From assembly GCA_963734685.1 (NCBI GenBank), contig CAVTIC010000001.1, positions 1,102,421 to 1,166,420 of the forward strand: DNA of 64,000 nt, written 5' to 3'. The notes under the pieces were generated by a model. It was given only the letters and a program-made list of their open reading frames with translations, did no database searches and was not told where the DNA came from. Below are positions 26,938 through 36,302 of this stretch, piece by piece. Origin of the DNA: an uncultured Actinomycetes bacterium (GTDB lineage: Bacteria; Actinomycetota; UBA4738; HRBIN12). The position numbers were made by a program, and so were the translations under genes. Within the stretch, counting starts at the first letter, position 1. Every line of letters begins with the position of its first letter.

Positions 26938-27643
26938 CCGCGTTCCCCCCCGCCGGCAGCCGCACGCGGAGCATGGTACCCCCGCCCGGCGCGCCCTCGA
27001 TGGATATCTCCCCTTGGTGTTCGGCAACGACGGCCCTGCAGATGAAGAGCCCGAGCCCGGTTCCCGCGACCTCCTCGTACCCTGCCGGTCTCCAGTTGGG
27101 GAACATCCCGAACAGCGCCTCGCGCCGGTCCTCGGGCACGCCCGGACCCCGATCGATTACCTCGAGCACCGCGACGTCATCTACGAGCTGGACCCTCACG
27201 GTGATCGGCTCGTCGGGTGGTGAGTACGCGTCGGCGTTGCGGACCAGCTGGCGCACGACTTGGATCAGCATCGTCCGGTCCGCGACGATGGGCACCTCGT
27301 GGAGATCGAGCTCGATCGTTCGGTCGTCGAGCGCGGCCGCCTCGATGCCTTGGCGGGCGATCGCCCCCAGCTCGGTCGGCCCGGGCGGTGCGGCGAGCCC
27401 GCCGGCCGCCAGCCGCATCGCGAGCGACGCCTGGTCGACGACGTCGAGCATGCGGTCGGACTCCTGTTCGATCAGCCCGAGGAACTCGACCTTCTCCTCG
27501 TCGCTCAGCCGGTCGAAGTGCGCGCGCGAGGTCCCCGCGATGCCCCGGATCGTGGTGATCGGGCCTCGGAGCTCGTGGGCGAGCATCGCCACGAGTTCGG
27601 CTCGCTGCGCTGCGCCGTCACCTGCGGATCGGCTGGACTCCAC
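26930..27643 (-). CDS. Soluble (TM-less) sensor histidine kinase, HisKA-type
   Basis: 237 aa, no TM helix; classic HisKA H-box 'VAMLAHELRGPITTIRG'; HATPase N, G1 and G2 boxes 'VRNADAY', 'IDRGPGV', 'GTGLGLFICR'. Confidence 0.8.
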   Translation of the reverse strand: MESSRSAGDGAAQRAELVAMLAHELRGPITTIRGIAGTSRAHFDRLSDEEKVEFLGLIEQESDRMLDVVDQASLAMRLAAGGLAAPPGPTELGAIARQGIEAAALDDRTIELDLHEVPIVADRTMLIQVVRQLVRNADAYSPPDEPITVRVQLVDDVAVLEVIDRGPGVPEDRREALFGMFPNWRPAGYEEVAGTGLGLFICRAVVAEHQGEISIEGAPGGGTMLRVRLPAGGNADG

Positions 27644-27652
27644 GGAGCGAGT

Positions 27653-28447
27653 CTAGGAGTAGGAGTGTCCCTCGTCCGGGAACGTGCCGGCTTCCACGTC
27701 GCTCGTGAAGCACGTGACCGCGTCCGTGATCGTCCCCCGCAGGTCGGCGTAGGCCTTCGCGAGCTTCGGCGGGTGCTCCGTCAGCCCGAGCAGGTCGTTG
27801 ATCACGAGCACCTGCGCGTCGGTCTTCGACCCGGCCCCGATGCCGATCGTCGGGATCTGCAGTGACGCCGTGATCTCACCGGCGAGCTCGGCAGGCATCG
27901 CCTCGAGCACGATCGAGGACGCCCCTGCCTTCTCGAGCTGCACGGCCTGTTCCAGAACCTTCTGCGCGGCTTCACCGCGGCCCTGTACCCGGTAGCCGCC
28001 CAGGCCGTACACGGCCTGCGGTGTCAGTCCGACATGCGCCATCACCGGGATGCCGATCTCGTTCAGCCTGTGCACGAGGTCGAGTTGGGGACCTTCGAGC
28101 TTCACGCAGTGGGCGCCGCCTTCCTTCACGAGCCGGCCTGCGTTGCGGACGCCGTCGTCGGTCGACGCTTGGTAGCTCATGAACGGCAGGTCGCCCACGA
28201 CCATCGCGCCTTGGGCGCCTCGGGCCACGGCTTTCACGTGGTGGAGCATCTCTTCCATCGTGACGGGCAGCTCGTTCTCGTAGCCCAGGACGTTTCGCCC
28301 CAGGGAATCGCCCACGAGCAGCACGGGCACGCCGGCTCGGTCGAGGATCTGTGCGGTGGGGTAGTCGTACGCGGTGAGCATGACCCAGCGTCGCTGCTCA
28401 CCCTTCCACGCTCTGAGGTCGTGGATCGACACGGTCCGGTCGGGCAT
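27653..28447 (-). CDS. panB: 3-methyl-2-oxobutanoate hydroxymethyltransferase
   Basis: 'MLTAYDYPTAQILDRAGVPVLLVGDSLG...GAHCVKLEG...HVGLTPQ' strongly conserved PanB motifs. Confidence 0.92.
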   Translation of the reverse strand: MPDRTVSIHDLRAWKGEQRRWVMLTAYDYPTAQILDRAGVPVLLVGDSLGRNVLGYENELPVTMEEMLHHVKAVARGAQGAMVVGDLPFMSYQASTDDGVRNAGRLVKEGGAHCVKLEGPQLDLVHRLNEIGIPVMAHVGLTPQAVYGLGGYRVQGRGEAAQKVLEQAVQLEKAGASSIVLEAMPAELAGEITASLQIPTIGIGAGSKTDAQVLVINDLLGLTEHPPKLAKAYADLRGTITDAVTCFTSDVEAGTFPDEGHSYS

Positions 28448-28638
28448 CGCTCGCGCCTCCTTCAAGTGCACGGCAGTCCTCGCAGTCTAACGGTGGGGAT
28501 GCCTCGGAGCTTCCCGATCGGCTCGGTGTCGGACCCCGGTGCTAGCGTTCGAGCCGTTCTCGTACACTGCTGGGCGACCCTCAAGTCCCTACTGCTCCCT
28601 CTCGAGAGGGGGCCGTCCAGACCAGAGGAGGTGACTGG

Positions 28639-29022
28639 TTGAGGGAGTACGAAGTCATGCTTATCCTGCCCGCCGAGGCCGACGAGAAGGTCGTCTCGAC
28701 GGCGATCGACCGCATCACCAAGGTGGTGTCCGCCCATGGTGGTGAGGTCTCCAACATCGATCGCTGGGGCCGTCGTCGGTTCGCCTTCGAGATCGACCAT
28801 GCGAACGAGGGCTACTACGCGGTGGCCTCGTTCACGGCCGAGCCTGAGTCCCAGACCGAGCTCGAGCGTGTGCTGAACCTGGCCGACGAGGTCATCCGCC
28901 ACAAGATGATCGCGTTGCCGGCCAAGGGACGCCACGCCAAGCGGGCCGAGGCCCGTGGCGCCGCGCAGCGGTCGACAGGAACCGACGAAGCATCAGCCGA
29001 AGCTTCCCCCGCCCCCGCGTGA
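28639..29022 (+). CDS. rpsF: 30S ribosomal protein S6
   Basis: TTG start; 'MREYEVMLILPAEADE...' is canonical S6; rpsF-ssb-rpsR-rplI order. Confidence 0.9.
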   Translation: MREYEVMLILPAEADEKVVSTAIDRITKVVSAHGGEVSNIDRWGRRRFAFEIDHANEGYYAVASFTAEPESQTELERVLNLADEVIRHKMIALPAKGRHAKRAEARGAAQRSTGTDEASAEASPAPA

Positions 29023-29067
29023 GCCATACGCGCGGCGGGTGCGACACCGACAAGGTGGTGACGTGAC

Positions 29068-29523
29068 ATGGCGAGCGACAACCAGGTGACCCTCGTGGGC
29101 AACCTGACCGACGACCCCGAGCTGCGGTACACGCCCAACGGGGCTGCGGTGTGCAAGTTCCGGATCGCCGTGAACCGACGCATGCCCGACGGCGCCGGTG
29201 GATGGAAGGACGGCGAAGCGTCGTACTTCACGGTCAACTGCTGGCGCAGCCTCGGCGAGAACGCGGCCGAGTCCCTCACGCGCGGCATGCGCGTGGTGGT
29301 CGCAGGCCGGCTGAACTACCGCTCCTGGGAGAACCAGGACGGCGACAAGCGCTCCGCCATCGAGATCGAGGCCGACGAGGTCGGTCCGAGCCTGCGATGG
29401 GCCACCGCGCGCGTCGAGCGCCAGTCCCGCTCGAGCAGCAACTCGTCCGGCGGCGACTGGGGCGAGCGCGTGGCCGCACCGGTGGGCGGCGGCGGCGCCG
29501 ACCAAGAGGAGACACCGCTGTAA
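29068..29523 (+). CDS. ssb: Single-stranded DNA-binding protein
   Basis: OB-fold '[32 protein letters not shown]...[10 protein letters not shown]', Gly-rich tail with an acidic C-terminus. Confidence 0.92.
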   Translation: MASDNQVTLVGNLTDDPELRYTPNGAAVCKFRIAVNRRMPDGAGGWKDGEASYFTVNCWRSLGENAAESLTRGMRVVVAGRLNYRSWENQDGDKRSAIEIEADEVGPSLRWATARVERQSRSSSNSSGGDWGERVAAPVGGGGADQEETPL

Positions 29524-29798
29524 TGCCACCGAAGAAGAGGGAAGGCCCGAAGCGCCGTCGCGACAAGGACGACAAGGGCTGGCAGAAGAAGGGCAAGCGC
29601 AAGTTCTGCGTCTTCTGCAAGGACCGCGTCGACTACGTCGACTACAAGGACGTCGTCACGCTGCGCAAGTTCGTGAGCGAACGGGGCAAGATCCGCGCCC
29701 GTCGCGTCACGGGCAACTGCGTCCAGCACCAGCGTGACGTCGCCACGGCCGTGAAGAACGCCCGCGAGATGGCCCTGTTGCCGTATTCGAGCCGATGA
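29523..29798 (+). CDS. rpsR: 30S ribosomal protein S18
   Basis: '[64 protein letters not shown]'; TAATG overlap with ssb. Confidence 0.9.
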   Translation: MPPKKREGPKRRRDKDDKGWQKKGKRKFCVFCKDRVDYVDYKDVVTLRKFVSERGKIRARRVTGNCVQHQRDVATAVKNAREMALLPYSSR

Positions 29799-30250
29799 AG
29801 GTCATCCTCCAGAAGCCCGTCGACAAGCTCGGAGACCCCGGCGACGTGGTCGACGTTGCCGCCGGCTACGCGCGCAACTACCTGATCCCGCGATCGATGG
29901 CCGTCAGGGCCCACAAGGGGGCCGCGCAGCAGACCGAGAACCTGCGGCGCGCCCACGAGCGGCGCCAGTACGCCCGCAAGGGCGAGTACGAGGCGATCGC
30001 CTCACGGCTCATCTCGGGCGGACCGATCCGGGTGGCGGCTCGGGCCGGTGACGAAGGCAAGCTCTTCGGCTCCGTCACCGCCGAGCACGTCGCCGCCGCG
30101 ATCGCCGCACAACACGAAGGGGTGACGGTCGACAAGCGCGACGTGCACCTCGACGAGCCGATCCGCTCGACCGGTACGCACGAGGTGCGGGTGCACCTGT
30201 TCCACCAGGTCGACCCCGTCGTGACCCTCGAGGTCGTGCCCGAGGGCTGA
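29795..30250 (+). CDS. rplI: 50S ribosomal protein L9
   Basis: '[33 protein letters not shown]' is canonical L9. Confidence 0.92.
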   Translation: MKVILQKPVDKLGDPGDVVDVAAGYARNYLIPRSMAVRAHKGAAQQTENLRRAHERRQYARKGEYEAIASRLISGGPIRVAARAGDEGKLFGSVTAEHVAAAIAAQHEGVTVDKRDVHLDEPIRSTGTHEVRVHLFHQVDPVVTLEVVPEG

Positions 30251-30272
30251 CGGTCTGCGGATCCGAGCACCC

Positions 30273-30299
30273 GTAGGCCGGGCTTCGCGCCCGGCCTAC
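30273..30299. terminator. Bidirectional intrinsic-terminator-like hairpin between convergent rplI and the HAD gene
   Basis: Perfect 11-bp stem 'GTAGGCCGGGC-ttcgc-GCCCGGCCTAC'. Confidence 0.55.
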
Positions 30300-30946
30300 G
30301 TCGTGGTCGGGGTCATGACGGCCGCCGGTAGCCCTCCGGGCTGGCGGACCACCACGTCCGCTGGGTGATCGTCCCGCCACAAGCTTCCCCACCCGGCCCC
30401 GACGGCGAGCGCGCCCGCGGCCCGTGCAGCGAGCATGTCCTGCTCGCTGTCGCCGACGTAGGCGGCCTCGGTCGGGTCCACGCCGAGGCGATCGCAGGTC
30501 AGGGCGATGCCTGCGGGGTCCGGCTTCGCGCGGCCCGCCTCGTCGCCGCCCGTACGCACCTCGAACCGATCAAGCAGGCCGGTCCGCGCCAGCAGGAGGT
30601 CGAGGCTGGTCACGTCGGCGCCGGTGAACAGCGCGAGCCGCAGGCCTGCACCGGCCAGCGCGTCGAGGGCTTCCTCCACGCCGGGGTAGGGGCGCATCGC
30701 GCTCGCCCCTTCGTCCAATCGACGGTGGTAGGCCGCGTGCTCGGCTTCGCTTACCGGACGACCGAGCAGGTGCTCCAGCATGCGCTCGCTGGGCCCCTGA
30801 GTGAATGACTCGACGATCTCGCCGGGGGTGAACCGAGGGCCGCCGGCCTCGAGGATCGTCTCGATGAAGCTGTTCGTGACGGGCTCCATCGAATCGAACA
30901 GCGTGCCGTCCATGTCGAAGACGACGGCGTCGATGCGGCGGGCCAT
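30296..30946 (-). CDS. HAD-IA family hydrolase (phosphoglycolate-phosphatase-like)
   Basis: Motif I 'VVFDMDGTLFDS', motif III/IV 'GDSEQDMLAARAAG'. Confidence 0.7.
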   Translation of the reverse strand: MARRIDAVVFDMDGTLFDSMEPVTNSFIETILEAGGPRFTPGEIVESFTQGPSERMLEHLLGRPVSEAEHAAYHRRLDEGASAMRPYPGVEEALDALAGAGLRLALFTGADVTSLDLLLARTGLLDRFEVRTGGDEAGRAKPDPAGIALTCDRLGVDPTEAAYVGDSEQDMLAARAAGALAVGAGWGSLWRDDHPADVVVRQPGGLPAAVMTPTTT

Positions 30947-30999
30947 GGCGCGGAGTCTACGGGGGCGATAACGTCACACCCTCGATTGAATGTCAGACG

Positions 31000-31116
31000 T
31001 GTGATTCACACTCTTCCACATGGTTTTCCACATGTGGAAAGTGCAGGTCAGGGGCGGAGTGACAAGGAATCTCGCCTCACGACCTGCACACGAGCAATCC
31101 ACAGCGGTTGTCCACT
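31000..31116. promoter_or_regulatory. Low-GC patch with DnaA-box-like 9-mers, a 16-bp perfect palindrome and direct repeats in the dnaB/HAD divergent promoter region
   Basis: 'TGTGA-T-TCACA' (31000-31010); direct repeat TTCCACATG x2 (about 31014 and 31026); palindrome TTTCCACATGTGGAAA (about 31025-31040); 'cAATCCACA' (about 31094) and 'TTGTCCACt' (about 31108) against the DnaA box consensus TT(A/G)TCCACA; about 45% GC versus about 72% in flanks. Confidence 0.45.
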
Positions 31117-31199
31117 GTCGCCCCGCGGTCCGCGGGCGTAGCGTCCCCGGGTTGAAGCACGGGTCCGCCGGCGGCGTGGGCTCCGAGGGGGAGGGGTAG

Positions 31200-32570
31200 A
31201 TGGCGCGTACGGCCGACGATGTTCGACGCTTGCCCGCGGGCGAGGGACATCGTCTGCCGCCCCACAACATGGAGGCCGAGGCCTCGGTGCTCGGCGCGAT
31301 GCTCCTGTCGAACGAGGCCGTGGCCGACGTCGTCGAGATCCTCGAACCCGATGACTTCTACCGATCGGCTCACGGCCGCATCTACACTGCGCTCCGGGCG
31401 CTGTTCGCCCGCGGTGAACCGGTCGACATCATCTCGGCGGCCGCGACGCTCGAACGTGACGGGTCCCTCGACGACATCGGCGGGCGACTCTACCTGGCCG
31501 ACCTCGCCAACGAGGTACCTACCCCCGCGTCGGCCGCCTACTACGCCGAGATCGTGTCGAAGGCGGCGCTGCGTCGTCGCCTCATCTCGGCCGCCGCCGA
31601 CATCATGGAGCGCGCCTACGCCTCGACCGACGACGCCGAAGCCGTTGCCGACGACGCCGAGCAGCGCATCTACGAGGTGGCGCGGCGCGAGGACCGCGAC
31701 GAGATGGCCGTGCTACGCGATCTGGTCGACCAGGCGATGCTCGACCTCGAATCGATCCAGACCCGCGAGTCGGCCTATACCGGTCTTCCCACCGGGTTCA
31801 TCGACATCGACAACCTCACCTCGGGACTTCAGCCGGGCAACCTGATCGTGCTCGCGGCTCGGCCGGGCATCGGCAAGAGCTCCCTCGCCGTGAACATGGC
31901 GCGCAACGTCGCCGTGGCGGGCGAGTCGGTCGCGATCTTCTCGCTCGAGATGTCGCGATGGGAGATCGGCATGCGCCTGCTCTGCGCCGAAGCACGCGTT
32001 CCCTGGGATCGCATCCGCAACAAGCGCGTCGGCCCCAACGACTGGCAGGCCGTCGTGCAGGCCGCCGAGATCCTCCACGACGCACCGCTGTCGATCGTCG
32101 ACTCCGGCAATACGAACATCGTCGACATCCGGGCCAAGGCCCGGCGCATGCGCACGGGCAAACGGGGCCTCTCGCTGATCATCGTCGACTACCTCCAGCT
32201 CATGGGGCACCCGGGCATGGGCGGGCGGCGCCCCGACTCCCGTCAACAGGAGATCGCTGAGATCAGCCGGTCGCTGAAGATGCTCGCCAAGGAGCTCGAG
32301 ATCCCGGTGATCGCGATCAGTCAGCTGAACCGCAACCCGGAGGCCCGCGCCGACAAGCGTCCGCAGCTCTCCGACCTTCGCGAAAGCGGGGCGATCGAAC
32401 AGGACGCCGACATCGTGATGTTCATCCACCGCGACGACGCCGACCCCGAGAAGAAGAAGAACGCCGAACTCGTGGTCGCCAAGCACCGCAACGGCCCCAC
32501 CGACAACATCCCGCTGGGCTTCGAGCCCTCGCTCACGCAGTTCCGCAACGGAGCCCGCGGCGCGCAGTGA
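31200..32570 (+). CDS. dnaB: Replicative DNA helicase DnaB (no intein)
   Basis: 456 aa; Walker A 'ARPGIGKSSLAVNMA', 'IVDYLQLM', 'ISQLNRNPE', 'DLRESGAIEQDADIV'. Confidence 0.95.
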   Translation: MARTADDVRRLPAGEGHRLPPHNMEAEASVLGAMLLSNEAVADVVEILEPDDFYRSAHGRIYTALRALFARGEPVDIISAAATLERDGSLDDIGGRLYLADLANEVPTPASAAYYAEIVSKAALRRRLISAAADIMERAYASTDDAEAVADDAEQRIYEVARREDRDEMAVLRDLVDQAMLDLESIQTRESAYTGLPTGFIDIDNLTSGLQPGNLIVLAARPGIGKSSLAVNMARNVAVAGESVAIFSLEMSRWEIGMRLLCAEARVPWDRIRNKRVGPNDWQAVVQAAEILHDAPLSIVDSGNTNIVDIRAKARRMRTGKRGLSLIIVDYLQLMGHPGMGGRRPDSRQQEIAEISRSLKMLAKELEIPVIAISQLNRNPEARADKRPQLSDLRESGAIEQDADIVMFIHRDDADPEKKKNAELVVAKHRNGPTDNIPLGFEPSLTQFRNGARGAQ

Positions 32571-33304
32571 GCCCTTCCGGGCGGCCAGATCCCGAGACCG
32601 TCGGTGTCACGGGCGACTGGGTCCCGCCCAGCCGCAGGCGCATCCGCTCCATCGCCGGTCGGCTCGAGGAGCGGTTCGGACCGCTCGAGCCTCCGCGAGC
32701 GGTCGATCCGCTCGACGAGCTCGTGCTCACGGTGCTCTCGCAACACACGAGCGACCTGAACGCCGAACGGGCCTTCGCCGGCCTCCGCCGCGTCTTCCCC
32801 GGAGGGTGGCAAGCGATCGTCGACGCGCCGAGCAGCGAGGTGGCAGACGCGATCCGCAGCGGCGGGCTCGCGAACTCCAAGGCGCCGCGTATCCGGGCGA
32901 TCCTGGTGGAGGTGCACGAGCGCGAAGGCGCGTACGACCTCTCGCGCCTGCGTTCGCTCGGCGACGACGAGGTGCGCGGCTACCTCATCTCGCTGCCCGG
33001 TATCGGACCGAAGACGGCGGCGGTCGTCATGAGCTTCGCACTCGGGCGTGACACCATGCCGGTCGACACCCACGTGCACCGGGTCACGAAGCGGCTGGGG
33101 CTGATCCCACCGAAGGCGAGTGCCGAGCGTGCCGACCGCATCCTGCACGACCTCGTGCCCGAGGGGCTGCGCACTCCGATGCACGTGGGGTTCATCCGTC
33201 TCGGCCGCGAGATCTGCAAGGCGCCTGCTCCTCGGTGCCGGGCCTGCCCGTTGCGCGCCGGTTGCCCTTCCGCGCGACGATTCGTGCGCCCGGGGTCCCC
33301 GTGA
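32567..33304 (+). CDS. nth: Endonuclease III family DNA glycosylase (HhH-GPD with 4Fe-4S cluster)
   Basis: HhH 'LPGIGPKTAAVVM', catalytic 'VDTHVHRV', FeS cluster 'CKAPAPRCRACPLRAGC'. Confidence 0.85.
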   Translation: MSPSGRPDPETVGVTGDWVPPSRRRIRSIAGRLEERFGPLEPPRAVDPLDELVLTVLSQHTSDLNAERAFAGLRRVFPGGWQAIVDAPSSEVADAIRSGGLANSKAPRIRAILVEVHEREGAYDLSRLRSLGDDEVRGYLISLPGIGPKTAAVVMSFALGRDTMPVDTHVHRVTKRLGLIPPKASAERADRILHDLVPEGLRTPMHVGFIRLGREICKAPAPRCRACPLRAGCPSARRFVRPGSP

Positions 33305-33320
33305 GGTATGCATAGGGCCC

Positions 33321-33791
33321 GTGAGCGACGAGCCGATCAGGATCCCGGAGGCCTCCTCGGACGACGAGCTCATCCTGTTGCCCGATGCCGAGCCGTTCCC
33401 CCTGCTCGATCAGGTGCCGGCAGCGCTCCGCGGCGTGATCCTCGAAGTGGCCTGGGATCTCGACCTGCTGCGGCAGTTGGACCTTCCGGTCGACGACGTC
33501 GACCTGGCCGACCTCCGTTGGCAGCTGGAGCTCCCGTGGTGGAGCGACGACGGCCATCTCTTCGCGATCTCACCGTTGCAGGTGCGCGCTGACCCCGCCC
33601 GGTACCCCGACCACTGGCAACGCGTGCAGGACGCCGACCTCTATCGCCCGATCTACGTGATCCAGCGCCCTCGTGGTCTCGTCGTCATGGACGGGGTGCA
33701 CCGGCTCGAGAAGGCCGACGAGATGGGGTGGGACCGCATCCTGGCGCACCAGGTGCCGCTGCCGGACTTCGCGAGGGTGCTGGTTCGTTGA
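33321..33791 (+). CDS. Hypothetical protein (possible ParB/Srx-fold domain)
   Basis: GTG start after the nth stop; 156 aa acidic protein; 'VVMDGVHRLEKADEMGWDRILAH' resembles the ParB-like nuclease-domain 'DGxHR' motif (weak). Confidence 0.35.
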   Translation: MSDEPIRIPEASSDDELILLPDAEPFPLLDQVPAALRGVILEVAWDLDLLRQLDLPVDDVDLADLRWQLELPWWSDDGHLFAISPLQVRADPARYPDHWQRVQDADLYRPIYVIQRPRGLVVMDGVHRLEKADEMGWDRILAHQVPLPDFARVLVR

Positions 33792-33834
33792 GCGCGACGC
33801 GCATCCCCCGACCGAACGCGGTGCTCGCTCGCTG

Positions 33835-33905
33835 AGCGGGTGAGGGGAATCGAACCCCCGTCTCGAGCTTGGGAAGCTCACGTTCTGCCATTGAACCACA
33901 CCCGC
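33835..33905 (-). tRNA. tRNA-Gly (anticodon CCC); 3' CCA not encoded
   Basis: Reverse complement reads 'GCGGGTGTGGTTCAATGGCAGAACGTGAGCTTCCCAAGCTCGAGACGGGGGTTCGATTCCCCTCACCCGCT'. 7-bp acceptor stem GCGGGTG/CACCCGC; anticodon loop TTCCCAA; T-loop GGTTCGATTCC; closely resembles E. coli tRNA-Gly(CCC). Coordinates +/-2 nt. Confidence 0.85.
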
Positions 33906-34011
33906 GGAACCCGACCGGCAGCACCGGCGGAGGACCAGTGTAGCGAGCCACCGCAGCGAGGGGCGACCCTCCTTCCGGCGGCGCGACACGACCTGCTAGC
34001 GTCGGGCGGCG

Positions 34012-35040
34012 ATGAGCGACCCCGACCCCGATTTCTGGCCGCACACGCTCACGAGGCTGGTCCGCCACGAGGCGCTCGACGCGGACGATGCCGCCGAGGC
34101 GATGCGCCGCGTGATGGCGGGCGAAGCCAGCCCGGGACAGATCGGTGGGTTCCTCATGGCGCTCCGAACGAAGGGCGAGACCGCCGACGAGGTCGAGGGC
34201 CTCGCTCGCACGATGCTCGGTTTCGCCAACCCTGTACACCCGCCGGCCCCTGCGGTCGACATCGTGGGCACGGGAGGCGACCGAAGCGGCACGTTCAACA
34301 TCTCCACCGCCGCGGCGATCGTGGTCGCCGGCGCAGGCGTGCCCGTGGCTAAACACGGGAATCGTGCCGCATCCAGCCACTGCGGTTCGGCTGACGTGCT
34401 GGAGGCGCTCGGCGTTCGTATCGACCTCGATGCCGAGGGCGTCGAGCGTTGCCTGGGCGAAGCCGGCATCGCGTTCCTGTTCGCGCCGATGTTCCACCCG
34501 GCGATGGCGCATGCCGGTCCGGTGCGCCGTGAGCTGCGCGTGCCCACGGTCTTCAACTTCCTCGGACCGCTCACGAACCCGGCAGGGCCGTATGCGCAGG
34601 CCGTCGGGTGCTCCGATGCTCGCATGCTGCCACTGATGGCCGAGGTGCTGGCGCGGCGAGGCACCCGAGCGATGCTGTTCCGCGGCGAGGACGGGCTCGA
34701 CGAGCTCACCACCACGGGTCCCTCGACCGTCTTCGAGGTGCGCGACGGTCGGGTGATCCGAACGCGGCTCGAACCGGGCGAGCTCGGCCTGCCGAGGGCG
34801 TCGGTGGACGACCTGCAGGGCGGCGACGCGGCGGCGTCGGCCGAGATCGTGCGTGCCTTGCTCACCGGCGAGCCCGGTCCCAGACGGGACGTCGTGCTGC
34901 TGAACGCCGGTGCGGCCCTCGAGGTGGCGGGGCGGGCCGCGACCCTCGCCGAGGGCATCGAGCTCGCGGCCGAGACGATCGACTCCGGCTCGGCCGCGGC
35001 GTCACTCGAGCGGTGGGTGGCCGCCAGCCGCAGCGGGTAG
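34012..35040 (+). CDS. trpD: Anthranilate phosphoribosyltransferase
   Basis: 'DIVGTGGDRSGTFNISTAAAIVVAGAGVPVAKHGNRAASSHCGSADVLEALG' canonical TrpD motifs. Confidence 0.9.
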   Translation: MSDPDPDFWPHTLTRLVRHEALDADDAAEAMRRVMAGEASPGQIGGFLMALRTKGETADEVEGLARTMLGFANPVHPPAPAVDIVGTGGDRSGTFNISTAAAIVVAGAGVPVAKHGNRAASSHCGSADVLEALGVRIDLDAEGVERCLGEAGIAFLFAPMFHPAMAHAGPVRRELRVPTVFNFLGPLTNPAGPYAQAVGCSDARMLPLMAEVLARRGTRAMLFRGEDGLDELTTTGPSTVFEVRDGRVIRTRLEPGELGLPRASVDDLQGGDAAASAEIVRALLTGEPGPRRDVVLLNAGAALEVAGRAATLAEGIELAAETIDSGSAAASLERWVAASRSG

Positions 35041-35052
35041 CATCAGCGGCCG

Positions 35053-35619
35053 ATGATCCTGTCCGATCGCACGATCCGCGAGGAGATCGAGGCAGGTCGC
35101 ATCGTGATCGATCCGTTCGATGCCCGGTGCGTCCAGCCGTCGTCGATCGATCTTCACGTCGACTCTCAGTTCCGGGTGTTCGCGAACAACCGTTACCCCT
35201 ACATCGACGTGAAACAGGAGCAGCCCGACCTCACGGAGCTCGTCGAGACGAAGCCGGACGAGGCGTTCATCCTCCATCCGGGGGAGTTCGTGCTCGGCTC
35301 GACGCTCGAGCGGGTCGCGTTGCCCGACGACCTCGTCGCGCGGCTCGAGGGCAAGTCTTCGCTCGGTCGGCTCGGTCTGCTGATCCACTCCACGGCGGGC
35401 TACGTCGATCCCGGGTGGGACGGCTTCCTCACGTTGGAGCTGAGCAACGTCGCGAACCTTCCGATCACGCTCTACCCGGGGATGAAGATCGGTCAGATCA
35501 GCTTCTTCCGGCTCACGACCGAGGCCGAGACCCCGTACGGCGCGGCGGGAAGCAAGTACCAGGGCCAGCGAGGACCCACGCCCAGCCGGTTCTACCGAGA
35601 CTTCAGCCAAGAGAAGTAG
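35053..35619 (+). CDS. dcd: dCTP deaminase (likely bifunctional dCTP deaminase/dUTPase as in actinobacteria)
   Basis: '[19 protein letters not shown]', '[23 protein letters not shown]...LTLELSN'. Confidence 0.9.
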   Translation: MILSDRTIREEIEAGRIVIDPFDARCVQPSSIDLHVDSQFRVFANNRYPYIDVKQEQPDLTELVETKPDEAFILHPGEFVLGSTLERVALPDDLVARLEGKSSLGRLGLLIHSTAGYVDPGWDGFLTLELSNVANLPITLYPGMKIGQISFFRLTTEAETPYGAAGSKYQGQRGPTPSRFYRDFSQEK

Positions 35620-36291
35620 CTAGTCGTTCACCGCGAGCGCGCCGGGGATCGGCCCCACGCCCATCTGCACGGCCATCATCGCGGCCTGCGTGCGGTTCGT
35701 GACGCCGAGCTTGCGGAAGATCGCCGCCAGGTGCGCCTTCACCGTCTTCTCCGAGAGGAACAGCGACTGCGCGATCTCGCGGTTCGAGCGTCCCTCGGCG
35801 AGCTGGGCGAGGATGTCGTTCTCACGCTGGGTGAGGCTGTACTCGTTGCGCCGGCCGTCGCTCGTGCCGCCGCCCTGTTGCTCCTCGAACAGGTTCTGGA
35901 TCACCCGGGGGCTGAGCACGTTGCCGCTGCCGGTCATCGCCACGTTGATCGCCTGTGAGAGGTCCTCGGGGGTGGCGTCCTTCAGCAGGTAGCCGGAGGC
36001 GCCGTCGGCGAGCGCGCGCTTCACGTAAGGAGCGTTCTCGTAGGTGGAGAGCATGATCACCGGCGTCTCGGCCCACTCGGCCTTGATCGCTCGCAGCAGC
36101 TCGAGACCGTCGAGGTCGGGCATGCGCACGTCCACCAGCGCCAGGTCGACCTTCGTGCCTCCGTGCAGGATCTCGAGCGCGACGGCCGCGCTCTCGGCCT
36201 CGACCACGTCGGCCTCGGGGAAACCTTCCTTCACCACGTAGTGCATGCCACGGCGCACGAGCGCGTGGTCGTCCACGACCATGATCCTCAT
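35620..36291 (-). CDS. NarL/LuxR-family response regulator
   Basis: REC 'MRIMVVDDHALVRRG...LALVDVRMPDLDG' and LuxR HTH 'LTQRENDILAQLAEGRSNREIAQSLFLSEKTVKAHLAAIFRKLG'; start found by residue count; the upstream 200 aa of the track ORF were rejected. Confidence 0.85.
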   Translation of the reverse strand: MRIMVVDDHALVRRGMHYVVKEGFPEADVVEAESAAVALEILHGGTKVDLALVDVRMPDLDGLELLRAIKAEWAETPVIMLSTYENAPYVKRALADGASGYLLKDATPEDLSQAINVAMTGSGNVLSPRVIQNLFEEQQGGGTSDGRRNEYSLTQRENDILAQLAEGRSNREIAQSLFLSEKTVKAHLAAIFRKLGVTNRTQAAMMAVQMGVGPIPGALAVND

Positions 36292-36302
36292 CTGCTCTCT
36301 CC

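Noticed and set aside
30947-31199. Possibility that the low-GC DnaA-box-like patch is the chromosomal oriC
   Set aside because: dnaA and dnaN are not adjacent, and the region is only about 90 bp. It is more likely an accessory DnaA site or an operator. It is reported as a finding, not as oriC.
31200-32570. Intein in DnaB, which is common in actinobacterial dnaB
   Set aside because: The protein is 456 aa with contiguous helicase motifs. There is no insertion between Walker B and the H4 motif.
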